Assembly (NCBI GenBank): GCA_964558575.1
Contig: CAZLEQ010000004.1
Span: 28,156 to 92,155 of the forward strand
From: an uncultured Acidimicrobiaceae bacterium
GTDB taxonomy: Bacteria > Actinomycetota > Acidimicrobiia > Spongiisociales > ZC4RG35
Length of the DNA stretch: 64,000 bases
Reading direction: 5' to 3'
Part shown: positions 21,695 through 30,528 of the stretch, piece by piece
How the letters are laid out: each line of letters opens with the position of its first letter
How positions within the stretch are numbered: the stretch's first letter is position 1
Position numbers and translations under genes: made by a program
The notes under the pieces: model-generated
What the model was told of the DNA's origin: nothing
What the model saw: only the letters and a program-made list of their open reading frames with translations
Databases searched by the model: none

Positions 21695-22462
21695 CCGGGT
21701 TGGTCGTCGATGAGGATCGACATGCAGGTGAGGCCTCCGTCGGCGGCCTGTATCTCTGAGACGTCGAGGGACCGGGCTCAATCCGAATCGGCGACCAGAG
21801 CGGTGGTGTCCGGTGCGTTGGCGGTGACCAGGACCTCACCACTCCGCAATGGCAAGGCGCTGAATGCGTGACGTTCGTGGGGTGCCTCATGGATGATGTG
21901 CAGCCCGGCCAGCAGAGACTCATCGACCGTTCCCTTCGTCACCACGACGGTGTGGTCGTCGACGGGGAGCACCCCGGACTTGAGGTGCAGCACCCCCTCG
22001 ACGGGCACCGCGATCACCGACAATCCCTGTGATTCGACGATCACCCTCAGCTGGGCGATGCCCTCGTCGTTGGTGCGTTTCGACCTCCCGACGAACACGT
22101 TGTCTTCCAGAACCATCACGTCGCCACCGTCGAGCGTCCCCGGAGCCTCGATCTCGACGACCGGGACCATCCGCTCCAGACGTTCGATGACCGGCTGTAA
22201 TTCGCCTCTTCGCGCTTCCTCACCCGGTCGGGTGGCCACCGCCACCGACCCGATGACCACTGCCGTGTCCTCGATGAAGACGCAGTCGGGATGGTCGTTG
22301 TCTGCGGTGAGGATCTCGAGCTCGTTACCCCGCACCCCGGAGGGCGGCGGCGTAGCTTTCGTGTTGTCGTCGTGCTCTGGCCACGTCGGGCGGGCTCCCA
22401 CCCTCCGACACGATGGCGCGGTCGAAGGTGTCGGCTATTTCACGGAGGAGCGCAGTCGGCAT
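21691..22462 (-). pseudogene. N(G),N(G)-dimethylarginine dimethylaminohydrolase (DDAH/amidinotransferase superfamily) gene, disrupted by a +1 frameshift and an in-frame TGA
   Basis: Three collinear pieces align along the whole length of Pseudomonas DDAH: MPTALLREIADTFDRAIVSEGGSPPDVARARRQHESYAAALRGAG*, then after a shift in a GGGG run GNELEILTADNDHPDCVFIEDTAVV...VGRSKRTNDEGIAQL..., then after an in-frame TGA ARSLDVSEIQAADGGLTCMSIL with the catalytic Cys. Confidence 0.6.
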
Positions 22463-22558
22463 GAGTCGATGCTATGCGGCTCAGGCTGGAACCGCGCCAA
22501 TGTGAAAGGGGAGACCCTCGAGGTCTCCCCTTCCGACTCCGCCCGCTCTTCAGTCGGT

Positions 22559-23956
22559 TCAGCCGAAGAGTTGGTTTATCCACCCGGCCTCGAGGGCGAC
22601 GATCAAGATCGACAACACCCAGAGCACGGGGTGGATCTCTCGGATCCTCCCGCTGATGGCCATGAGGAGGGTGTGAGCCACCAGGGCCAGGCTGATGCCG
22701 AAGGTGATCGAGTAGGTGAACGGCATGCCGACGATGGCGAGAAAAGCCGGCACCGACTTCGAGTAGTCGGACCAGTCGATCTTCACCGCACCGGTCATCA
22801 TCATGGCACCGATCACGATCAATGCCGCCGAGGTGGCGACTGCGGGGATCGCCTGCGCCAGCGGGGATGCGAACATGGCGAGTAGGAACAGGCCGGCGAC
22901 CACCAGCGAGGTGAGCCCGGTCCTTCCGCCCTCCTCGACACCTGCCGCCGACTCGATGTAGGTGGTGGTGCTCGAGGTCCCGAGTGCGGCGCCGATGGCG
23001 GTGGCAGTGCCGTCTGCGGCGAATGCTGCCCTTGGCGCTTCGATGTTGCCCTCGGAATCGAGCATCCCCGCCTTCTCGGTCAGGCCGATCAGTGTCCCTG
23101 CGGTGTCGAAGAAGTCGACGAACAGGAACGTGAACACCACGGCGACGACGCCGAGCCCGAGGGCGGCTCCGAGATCCATCGCCAGGAACAAGTCGGTGGG
23201 GGCAGTGAAACCGAAGAACCCGGCTTCGAACCCGGCGAACGGTGCCAGGGTCTCGCCGCCGTAGTTGTAGGCGTCTGTTCCCATGATGATCACGAAGACG
23301 GTGACGAGCAGAATGCCGATGAGAATCGCTCCCTTGACCCTTCTTGCGAGCAGGGCCCCGGTGATGACCAGCCCGGCGAGGGCGATCCAGGGGAGCGCGT
23401 CGGTGAAATCACCCACGGTGACGAACGTTGCCGGGGAGCTCTGGATGAACCCGGCCCCTGCGAACCCGATGATGGCGAGGAAGGCGCCGATGCCCGCCGT
23501 GATGGCGTGCTTGAGATGCAAGGGTATCGAGTTGAGGACGTACTCCCGCAGGCCGGTGAGGGCCACGATGAGGAAGAGGATTCCCGAGACGAAGACGGCA
23601 CCCAGGGCAGTCTCCCAGGCGATGCCCAGACCCAGCACGACCGTGTAGGTGAAATAGGCATTGAGCCCCATCCCCGGAGCCAGGGCGAATGGCAGTTTGG
23701 CCCACAGCGCCATGATCAACGTGCCGGCGGCGGCCGCAAGGGCGGTGACCGTCAGCAGCTGGGGAAAAGCACCTTCGAAGTTGATCGCGTCGGAGAGGAT
23801 GGCTGGGTTCACGAAGACGATGTAGGCCATCGCCAGGAACGTGGTGATGCCCGCGCGTACCTCTTGACCTACCGATGACCCCCTCTCGGTGATGTGGAAG
23901 TAACGGTCGAGCCCACTGTCTCCACCCGCTACCGGCGGCGTCTCGGTGGTGGCCAT
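22559..23956 (-). CDS. NCS2 family purine permease (AzgA-like guanine/hypoxanthine permease)
   Basis: 465 aa. LDRYFHITERGSSVGQEVRAGITTFLAMAYIVFVNPAIL is the AzgA N-terminal signature. About 12 TM helices. Confidence 0.85.
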   Translation of the reverse strand: MATTETPPVAGGDSGLDRYFHITERGSSVGQEVRAGITTFLAMAYIVFVNPAILSDAINFEGAFPQLLTVTALAAAAGTLIMALWAKLPFALAPGMGLNAYFTYTVVLGLGIAWETALGAVFVSGILFLIVALTGLREYVLNSIPLHLKHAITAGIGAFLAIIGFAGAGFIQSSPATFVTVGDFTDALPWIALAGLVITGALLARRVKGAILIGILLVTVFVIIMGTDAYNYGGETLAPFAGFEAGFFGFTAPTDLFLAMDLGAALGLGVVAVVFTFLFVDFFDTAGTLIGLTEKAGMLDSEGNIEAPRAAFAADGTATAIGAALGTSSTTTYIESAAGVEEGGRTGLTSLVVAGLFLLAMFASPLAQAIPAVATSAALIVIGAMMMTGAVKIDWSDYSKSVPAFLAIVGMPFTYSITFGISLALVAHTLLMAISGRIREIHPVLWVLSILIVALEAGWINQLFG

Positions 23957-24115
23957 GTATCAGCTCCTCCCTGTCGATGGCGCCCGGGGAGTAAACCACG
24001 CGGAAGCGAGCGGTGTCGGCGGGAGGGAGCCTTTTGTCTGTCGCCGACCCCACCTGCCCGGCTAGCCGCGGCGATTGGAGTAGTTCCCCGCCGGTCGGAT
24101 ACCGTTGGGCAGGCC

Positions 24116-24496
24116 ATGACCGAATTCTTCGTCAGCGCCCACGCCTGGTGGCAGTACGTGGTGCTGCTCGCCGTCGTAGTCTCCCTTTTCTTCGCCTTCC
24201 GAAGCTCGATGATGAGCTCGTCTGCCGAGACCGTCTACCGGGTGACTGCTGTCGTGGTGGACATCCAGGTGGCCCTCGGGATCGTCATCTGGCTGGCCAA
24301 CGCTGGTTGGGCCCAGGGCCTCCTGCAGGGGTGGGTGCACCCGATCCTGGGGCTGGCTGCCCTCGGAGTGCTCCACGCCTTCATCGGTCGAGCCCGCAAA
24401 GGCCATCCCGAGGTGGCCAATCGCACGGTGCGCACCGGGCTCGTCATCGCCATCATCCTGGTGGTCGCCGCCATCGGCGTCGCCGAGATGGCCTAG
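24116..24496 (+). CDS. small membrane protein of unknown function
   Basis: 126 aa from MTEFFVSAHAWWQYVVLLAVVV. 3-4 predicted TM helices. Confidence 0.45.
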   Translation: MTEFFVSAHAWWQYVVLLAVVVSLFFAFRSSMMSSSAETVYRVTAVVVDIQVALGIVIWLANAGWAQGLLQGWVHPILGLAALGVLHAFIGRARKGHPEVANRTVRTGLVIAIILVVAAIGVAEMA

Positions 24497-24534
24497 TAGA
24501 GCCACCCGGGTGGCGGGCGCTACCGTCGCCCGTC

Positions 24535-25289
24535 GTGTTCACAACGGGCGGTCTCATCGCCGGCGGCTTGGCGGCGTTCATCGTCGGTCTCTCCAAGACG
24601 GGACTGCCCGGCGTGTCTCTCGCCGCGATTCCGCTCACATTGCGCTGGTGGTCGAGGGGAGGCTCATCCCCGGCGCTACGTTGCCCCTACTGATCGTGGC
24701 CGATCTCTTCGCTATCTATTGGTACCGGAGCTTCGCCAGATGGGACCTCCTCCGTGGTCTGACCCCCTCGATTGGAGTCGGATTCATGCTCGGCATGGCC
24801 TTCTTCATCGTGGTGGGGGCGGCGACACGCCAGTTGGAGCGGTCCATCGGGGTCATCCTCCTCGTCATCGTGCTGCTCCAGATATGGCACATGTTTCGGG
24901 AGTCCACCCCCGACGTCGGTCGGGTGGCGATAGCCGGGTTCGGTGTCGGCGGCGGGTTCACCACCTTCGTGGCCAATGCCGCCGGACCGGTCATCAACAC
25001 CTATCTCGCCGCCCTGCGGTTGCCCAAGAGCGAGCTACTGGGGACGGCGGCGTGGCTCTACTTCGTGGTCAACCTGGCCAAGATCCCCTTCTATCTGGCG
25101 CTCGGCGCCTGGTCGGTGGGAGGCGTCTTCTTCACAGGTGAGAGCCTGTTGTGGAACCTCGCTCTCGTCCCGGGGATCGTCCTTGGAGTGGCGGTCGGTC
25201 GCCAGGTCTATCACCGAATCCCCCAGCGGCAGTTCCTTCTCGCGGTGCTGGCGCTGTCGGCGGCCGGGGCGCTGGTGCTGGTGATCTGA
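24535..25289 (+). CDS. TSUP (TauE/SafE) family anion exporter, apparent -1 frameshift near 24640
   Basis: N-terminal TM1 (VFTTGGLIAGGLAAFIVGLSKTGLPGVSLAAIPLTL) lies in one frame. The remaining 219 aa (IALVVEGRLIPGATLPLLIV...GFGVGGGFTTFVANAAGPVINTYL...) lie in the frame of ORF 24510..25289. The combined length of about 255 aa fits an 8-TM TSUP protein. Confidence 0.45.
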
Positions 25290-25299
25290 TCGGCCGTCG

Positions 25300-25515
25300 C
25301 TAGGGGAGCGGTGTCCCCTGGTGAAAGCGGAGTCGCCAGCCCTCGTTGGTGTTGACCCAGACCGAAGTCTGGTGGGCGTGGCGTTCGACGCCGTCATAGG
25401 TGTCGTGGCTGATGTAGCTGACCAGGGCGACGTCCTCATCGACGAGTGCGACCCGATACGCCTCGTAAGGGAGGCGAGCCTGGAGGTCACCGGGCAGCGT
25501 GTTCAGCTCGGTCAC
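25300..25515 (-). CDS. NTF2-like (SnoaL/DUF4440-like) small protein or C-terminal fragment
   Basis: GTG start forms a GTGA overlap with the VOC stop. Sequence ...ALVDEDVALVSYISHDTYDGVERHAHQTSVWVNTNEGWRLRFHQGTP matches only the C-terminal half of an NTF2-like fold. Confidence 0.3.
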   Translation of the reverse strand: MTELNTLPGDLQARLPYEAYRVALVDEDVALVSYISHDTYDGVERHAHQTSVWVNTNEGWRLRFHQGTPLP

Positions 25516-25946
25516 CCGTTCATCTCTGCCATCCGACGGCGCACTTCCTCGTCGGAGACGTCTTCGATGTGCGTCGAGATCCACCACTGGTTTCCCTGGG
25601 CGTCCACGACGCCTCCGGTCCGGTCGCCGTAGAATTGGTTCTCGGGCTCGCGCAATGGCTTGGCGCCGTTGTCAACGGCCAGGGCGAAGGTTGCGTCCAC
25701 GTCGTCCACGTAGACATTGGCCATGATCGGGAATGCCGGGAAGCTCTCACTAGCCGCGGCGAGCATGATCCGAGAGTCGCCGATCTGCAGCTCCGAATGG
25801 ACGATCCGTTCTCCGTCCTCGTACAGCTCGAGGGGCTGGGCATCGAAGACGGTCCTCAGGAACTCGAGCGTCTCACGGGCATCGTCGGACATGATCTGCG
25901 GGGTGAGGGTGTGGTAACCCTCGGGTGGGTTCTGGGGCATTGTCAC
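25512..25946 (-). CDS. VOC (glyoxalase/bleomycin resistance/dioxygenase) family protein
   Basis: 144 aa. Paired beta-alpha-beta-beta-beta modules with metal-ligand-like H/E positions typical of VOC. Confidence 0.7.
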   Translation of the reverse strand: MTMPQNPPEGYHTLTPQIMSDDARETLEFLRTVFDAQPLELYEDGERIVHSELQIGDSRIMLAAASESFPAFPIMANVYVDDVDATFALAVDNGAKPLREPENQFYGDRTGGVVDAQGNQWWISTHIEDVSDEEVRRRMAEMNG

Positions 25947-26022
25947 CTCCTGGGACCGATCTACATACCTCGACCGGAAGGGTCCAAAACTTGACTCGGC
26001 TGGCCGGTGCCCACCGCCTTAC

Positions 26023-26334
26023 TCAGTCGTCGACCTCGACGATGGTGAGTGCGCGATCGGACGCCTCTTTGGCGATTTCGACGATGCCCTGATACTCGTC
26101 CGACTGGTATGCCTCGACGGCCCGTTCGTAGGTGGGGAAGCGGACCAGGACGTGGCGCGGATAGTCATTGCCCTCCATCTGCTGATAACGCCCGCCGCGG
26201 GCGATGAACTCACCGTCATAGGCGGCTACCACCTGACTCGAGTCTCGAATGTACTCGGCGTACTGGTCGTCGTCTTTCACGTCGACGTGGACGATCCACA
26301 TTCCTGCCATCACGTCTCCTGGTTGCTCTGACAT
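26023..26334 (-). CDS. DUF1330 domain protein
   Basis: HVDVKDDDQYAEYIRDS...FIARGGRY...VLVRFPTYERAVEAYQSDEYQ fits DUF1330. Start at MSEQPGDV (alternative MAGMWIV). Confidence 0.65.
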   Translation of the reverse strand: MSEQPGDVMAGMWIVHVDVKDDDQYAEYIRDSSQVVAAYDGEFIARGGRYQQMEGNDYPRHVLVRFPTYERAVEAYQSDEYQGIVEIAKEASDRALTIVEVDD

Positions 26335-26439
26335 GAGACGGTACCCGTGGGCGTCCCTGTTCACACCACCAGCACGTGCGGATACGGTACGGAACAAGGG
26401 GGTGTAGGGATGCCAGAGAGGCGTCCCCACCCTCACAGT

Positions 26440-26977
26440 CGCAGATCACCTCGAGCGTGGTGTCCCCCGGGACCGGGTCGGCCAGGCTGTCGCCTACAGG
26501 TGAGGTGTCCTGGAGGTATTTGGCAGAGCGCTTCGAGTTGCTCGCTCGTTTGCGTTGGGGCTCGAGACGCGGCCATTCGCCCGGATGTAGATGAGACCCG
26601 GGCGGGCGCCTTCGAGCTCGAGGGACGAGCGGATCGAGGTCTCCCTCGATCTCGTACTCATCCAGTCGATCTCGATCCCCTTGGCGGCTGCATTGGCCAC
26701 GTACCCGACGGCATAACAGAATGCCAAGCCCGGCGAAATGGTGTGCCATGTTCACCACCTCGTTTCATGGGCAGAAGGTGGCGAGACCCTCATCGACGCC
26801 CTCTGCCTTCTCTGCCGCTACCACCACAGCCAAGTTCCACCTCGGGCTGATAACCCTCGAGGATCTGGAGATCACCCCGCTTGCCGGAGCGACCCGGCGC
26901 CGGAGTACCTAGGGTGGTCACGCTTGATCGCCCCACCTCACGCCCGCTCCCCGAGATCTGGATGCCCGATCACCTGA
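26440..26977 (+). pseudogene. HNH endonuclease (DUF222-type) C-terminal remnant, multiply frameshifted
   Basis: HNH signature CHVHHLVSWAEGGETLIDALCLLCRYHH in one frame. WC... and ...AKFHLGLITLEDLEITPLAG continuations in other frames. No intact ORF longer than 80 aa. Confidence 0.4.
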
Positions 26978-27037
26978 GGACTCCTATCTCGTTCCTTGCC
27001 AGATCGGCTCTTCCCGGAATCGAGTGAAGGTGGAGTG

Positions 27038-27688
27038 ATGACATCTGGGACACGGCAGCTGTCAGTGAAAGTCCGACGCGCCGCCTTGTTCGGTTTGGCG
27101 GGTCCGCTGATCTTCGCCCTGGGGATCGTCGTGGCTGGGGCGGTCACCCCCGGTTACTCACATCTCTCCGAGCCGGTCAGCCAGCTGGCTGCTTTCGGGC
27201 AGCCATACCCGGCGATCCAGATGACTGGATTCGTGGTGTTCGGGCTCTCCATGCTGGCGGTCGCCTACGGGCTTCGGCATGTGTTGTCGTCAGCCAGATC
27301 GGCAACGATCGGCATCTCTCTCGTTGCTCTCGCAGGAGTCAGCATGGTGGGGACGGGGCTGTTCCGAGCGGACCCAATGGGCCAGCAACCGATGAGTGTG
27401 TCGGGGACCATTCATATCTCAACTGCGATGATCCTGTTCCTTGCCCTGATCGCAGCCTTCATCGTGCTCAGTCCGGCAATGAAGAAGCTCCAGCCCTGGC
27501 GCGACCTGTCACTCTTCTCACTGATAGCGGGGTTGGCGGCTCTCTTCTTCCTCGTCGCCTACAGCGTGGCCTTCGAGCTCCAGCCCCAATGGATGGGAGT
27601 GTGGCAGCGGCTGCTCGCCGCCACTCTCGTCATCTGGTTCCTGGTCGTGTCACTACGAGTGAAGAGTCTCGCCGCAGAGACCGACTGA
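27038..27688 (+). CDS. DUF998 family membrane protein
   Basis: 216 aa, six TM helices. AGAVTPGYSHLSEPVSQLAAFGQP pattern. Confidence 0.55.
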   Translation: MTSGTRQLSVKVRRAALFGLAGPLIFALGIVVAGAVTPGYSHLSEPVSQLAAFGQPYPAIQMTGFVVFGLSMLAVAYGLRHVLSSARSATIGISLVALAGVSMVGTGLFRADPMGQQPMSVSGTIHISTAMILFLALIAAFIVLSPAMKKLQPWRDLSLFSLIAGLAALFFLVAYSVAFELQPQWMGVWQRLLAATLVIWFLVVSLRVKSLAAETD

Positions 27689-27711
27689 CCGGCCACGCCG
27701 GGGACGACAGA

Positions 27712-28443
27712 TCACTCCTTCAACCACACCGAGACGTGCTGTCTGCTCTCGGCGGTGAACGGAGCCCCCTGCCAGTCGGCGTGTCGCTCGCTGAGCTGCA
27801 TCCCAGCCACCTCGGCCATCAGGTCGAGCTCGGCCGGCCACACGTAGCGAAACGGCATCGAGAACTGCGTCATCCCCTTTTCGGTTCGATCGACGTGGTG
27901 GGAGACGAGCCTTTGGTTGACCACGTCGTACTCGTCGATGCCCCAGCCCGATGCGTCGGCACGGAAGACCACGTGCGACTCGCCTGGCGGAAGCCGGCGC
28001 AGATCGGGGACCGCAACTTCGACCACGAACGCCCCGCCGGGCTCGAGATGATCGGCGGCATTGCGGAAACAGCGCACCTGCTCGGCCTGGGTGGTCAGGT
28101 TCATGATCGTGTTGAAGACCAGATAGACGAGGGAGAACGGGCCCTCAACACGGGTGGTGGCGAGATCACCCACGATGACATCGATCGTTTCGCTGCCGGG
28201 CTTCTTGGCGAGCTCGTCGAGCATGGGCCGGGAAAGGTCGATGCCGACCACCGCCACTCCCCTCCGGGCCAGGGGTAGGGCAATCCTCCCGGTTCCGATG
28301 CCGAACTCCAACAGCCGGCCGCCCCTGCTCCGTTCCACGAGGAAGTCGAGTACCGGATCGACCATGTGGCCGGCGAACATCTCCGAAGCCGACTCCTCGT
28401 AGCGAGCGGCGACTTCACGATCGAAGTAGTTCCGTTGTGACAC
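27712..28443 (-). CDS. class I SAM-dependent methyltransferase
   Basis: 243 aa. Motif I LEFGIGTGRIALPLARRG, post-I DLS, motif II-III region. Confidence 0.8.
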   Translation of the reverse strand: MSQRNYFDREVAARYEESASEMFAGHMVDPVLDFLVERSRGGRLLEFGIGTGRIALPLARRGVAVVGIDLSRPMLDELAKKPGSETIDVIVGDLATTRVEGPFSLVYLVFNTIMNLTTQAEQVRCFRNAADHLEPGGAFVVEVAVPDLRRLPPGESHVVFRADASGWGIDEYDVVNQRLVSHHVDRTEKGMTQFSMPFRYVWPAELDLMAEVAGMQLSERHADWQGAPFTAESRQHVSVWLKE

Positions 28444-28513
28444 GTCGGTGATCTAAGGACGATCCGACATTCAGTGCGGGTCAATTGCTCGGTCGATCAC
28501 TGGTCGAAGGGCA

Positions 28514-28544
28514 GGGAGGGAGCCATGCCGGCTGGCTCCCTCCC
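28514..28544. promoter_or_regulatory. perfect 12-bp inverted repeat GGGAGGGAGCCA-N7-TGGCTCCCTCCC in the divergent intergenic region
   Basis: Read directly from sequence (coordinates +/-1). Lies between the methyltransferase gene (-) and the ECF sigma operon (+). The loop contains an ATG preceded by GGGAGGGAG. Confidence 0.3.
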
Positions 28545-28690
28545 GGCGGGCGATCGGCGGCATCTCAAGGCCACCTAGGAAAGGAATGTCCACCGGAGGC
28601 ACCATCTGACGGGTCACGCTCTATAACTTTCGGTCAGAGGTCGGTCCTGGTGGACACTCTGTATTCAGGGACACCAATCGAGGTATTCCA

Positions 28691-29263
28691 TTGACTGACC
28701 GGCGACTTGGAACTACAGACGCAGAGCGGGCATTCGAAGCCCTCTACGCCGCCCATCATCGAGCGGTCCTCGCCTACTGCGCCCGGCGGGCTCCCCGCTG
28801 GGATGCTTGGGACGCTGTCGCCGAGGTGTTCCTGGTGGCTTGGCGACGCATCGACGAAGTGCCGCCAGCGGACCGCGCCCGGCCGTGGCTTTTGGGAGTT
28901 GCCTACCGGGTGTTGTCCAACCAACGTCGGTCGGCAGCCCGACGGAAGCGACTCGCCGAACGGGCCGCTTCGTCGGGAGTCGCCCCTCGATGGCCCGATG
29001 AGGTGGTGGTTCAGAGCGAGGAGGCGCGCCAGGTGACCCAGGCCTTGAAGCGGCTGCGTCCCGCCGACAGAGAGGTCCTCCAACTGACACTGTGGGAGGA
29101 GCTGTCTCCGGTTGAGATCGCAGGCGTGCTGGGGCTCTCACGAGGTGCTGTCGACCAGCGTTACTCCCGGGCAAAGCGGAGGCTCGCCCGGGAGTTGGAC
29201 ATGCATCGAAGTGTGGCAAGGCGTGCGATCCGAGTCACGACCGGAAAGCGAGGTGCGGCATGA
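28691..29263 (+). CDS. ECF (sigma-70 family group 4) RNA polymerase sigma factor
   Basis: 190 aa. Region 2 (AVLAYCARRAP...DAVAEVFLVAWRR) and region 4 (LTLWEELSPVEIAGVLGLSRGAVDQRYSRAKRRL). TTG start. Confidence 0.85.
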   Translation: MTDRRLGTTDAERAFEALYAAHHRAVLAYCARRAPRWDAWDAVAEVFLVAWRRIDEVPPADRARPWLLGVAYRVLSNQRRSAARRKRLAERAASSGVAPRWPDEVVVQSEEARQVTQALKRLRPADREVLQLTLWEELSPVEIAGVLGLSRGAVDQRYSRAKRRLARELDMHRSVARRAIRVTTGKRGAA

Positions 29264-30117
29264 GCAGGGATCTCGAAGCCCTTGTGCGGCGAGCAAACGT
29301 GCTCTCCCGGGACGAGCAGCTCGAGAAGATGTTCGGGGATGACCTGTCGCACCGGCTCCTCGGTCGTATCCGAGACCTCGAGGAGGGTCGCATGACAGAC
29401 ATGACCACAGATGAGCACTACGACGGCGGTGAGCCTCTCGTCGAGATGAAGACCAACGGAGACCGTGGCCTCACCCGCGCCCCGACGAGTTCGGCTCGTG
29501 GAGGCCCCCGGCGTCTGGCGCCGGCGGCTCTGGTAGCGGCACTCGCGCTGCTCGTGGGTGTGCCGGTCGGGCTGTTCTTCACTGACAGTCGGCCCAGTCC
29601 GGTGGAGATCGCAGAGTCCTATATCGAGGCGAGAAACGCCTCCGACGCCGATCGAGCCCGGGAGCTGGTCGCGGACGACTTCAGGACCACAGAACCACCC
29701 GATGGATTCGTTGATGCGGAGGGGATGGAGCTCGCCTTCCAGCAGCACGAGGCCTACGGGTTCCACTACGGAGACGTTGACTGCGACGTGACAGACGAGG
29801 CCGGCGGAGTCACCTGGGTGGAATGCGGATACCTGTGGACCACGGAGCTGCACCGGATCGCCAACCAGCCGGCCACACCTGAGAGTATGAGATTCGTCAT
29901 TGAGGATGATCTCATCCAGGCGGTGGCCCGGGGGCAAAGGAACTTCTCAGAGTGGTGGGATTCGTGGCTCGACTTCCTGGGCTCCGAACACCCCGAGTTC
30001 AGGAACGTCGTCGTCCGGGCCCTGCGCAACGAGCCGGAGTCGACCAGGGAACTTGTCGAGGGGCTGCCCGAGCATCTGAACCTCTACCGGGAGTGGGTGG
30101 AGAGCGAGGAGGGCTGA
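29260..30117 (+). CDS. putative anti-sigma factor (single-pass membrane protein)
   Basis: ATGA overlap with the sigma gene. One TM helix (LAPAALVAALALLVGVPVGLFF) followed by an extracytoplasmic domain. Confidence 0.55.
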   Translation: MSRDLEALVRRANVLSRDEQLEKMFGDDLSHRLLGRIRDLEEGRMTDMTTDEHYDGGEPLVEMKTNGDRGLTRAPTSSARGGPRRLAPAALVAALALLVGVPVGLFFTDSRPSPVEIAESYIEARNASDADRARELVADDFRTTEPPDGFVDAEGMELAFQQHEAYGFHYGDVDCDVTDEAGGVTWVECGYLWTTELHRIANQPATPESMRFVIEDDLIQAVARGQRNFSEWWDSWLDFLGSEHPEFRNVVVRALRNEPESTRELVEGLPEHLNLYREWVESEEG

Positions 30118-30200
30118 TCCCAAGCGAAGCGCTCCGGGAGTCTCTCAGGGCAGCACCCGAGAGCTCCCCGGGCCGTTCGCCTGGTGGGATACAGCCGGCC

Positions 30201-30386
30201 TCATCCGGGTGGGACGTCGCTGGGCGGTCCACCTCCGATCACTTCGAACAGGAGGGCGACGATCGCCCCGATCATGAGGATCCAGAAGATGGTCATGCCG
30301 ACCGACTGGCTCGGGAAGACGAGCCCCCGGGAGGTGAGCACCCACACCACGGCGGCAATCACCGTGAGCAGGATGACGACTTCCAT
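30201..30386 (-). CDS. small (61 aa) two-TM membrane protein, hypothetical
   Basis: MEVVILLTVIAAVVWVLTSRG...MTIFWILMIGAIVALLF. Short, no homology recognised. Confidence 0.25.
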   Translation of the reverse strand: MEVVILLTVIAAVVWVLTSRGLVFPSQSVGMTIFWILMIGAIVALLFEVIGGGPPSDVPPG

Positions 30387-30477
30387 GACAGCCAACCTAC
30401 CGAGGAGTTGTAACCGGAGAGGGTCGCCGGTGAGCACCCGGAGACGCTCGCGGCATCGGTGCTCTGTCGCCAACGTG

Positions 30478-30508
30478 CAGGGGGCCGCGGAATTCGAGAC
30501 CCCCTGTA
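30478..30508. terminator. candidate bidirectional terminator hairpin CAGGGGG-N15-CCCCCTG
   Basis: 7-bp GC-rich stem about 20 bp downstream of the nrdJ stop. No clear U-tract. Confidence 0.2.
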
Positions 30509-30528
30509 ATAGCGGCACTGAGTTTGGG

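Noticed and set aside
21775-21782. In-frame TGA in the DDAH gene as a possible selenocysteine codon
   Set aside because: The aligned residue is a non-conserved Arg far from the active site, and the gene also carries a frameshift. A nonsense mutation or read error (CGA to TGA) is more parsimonious.
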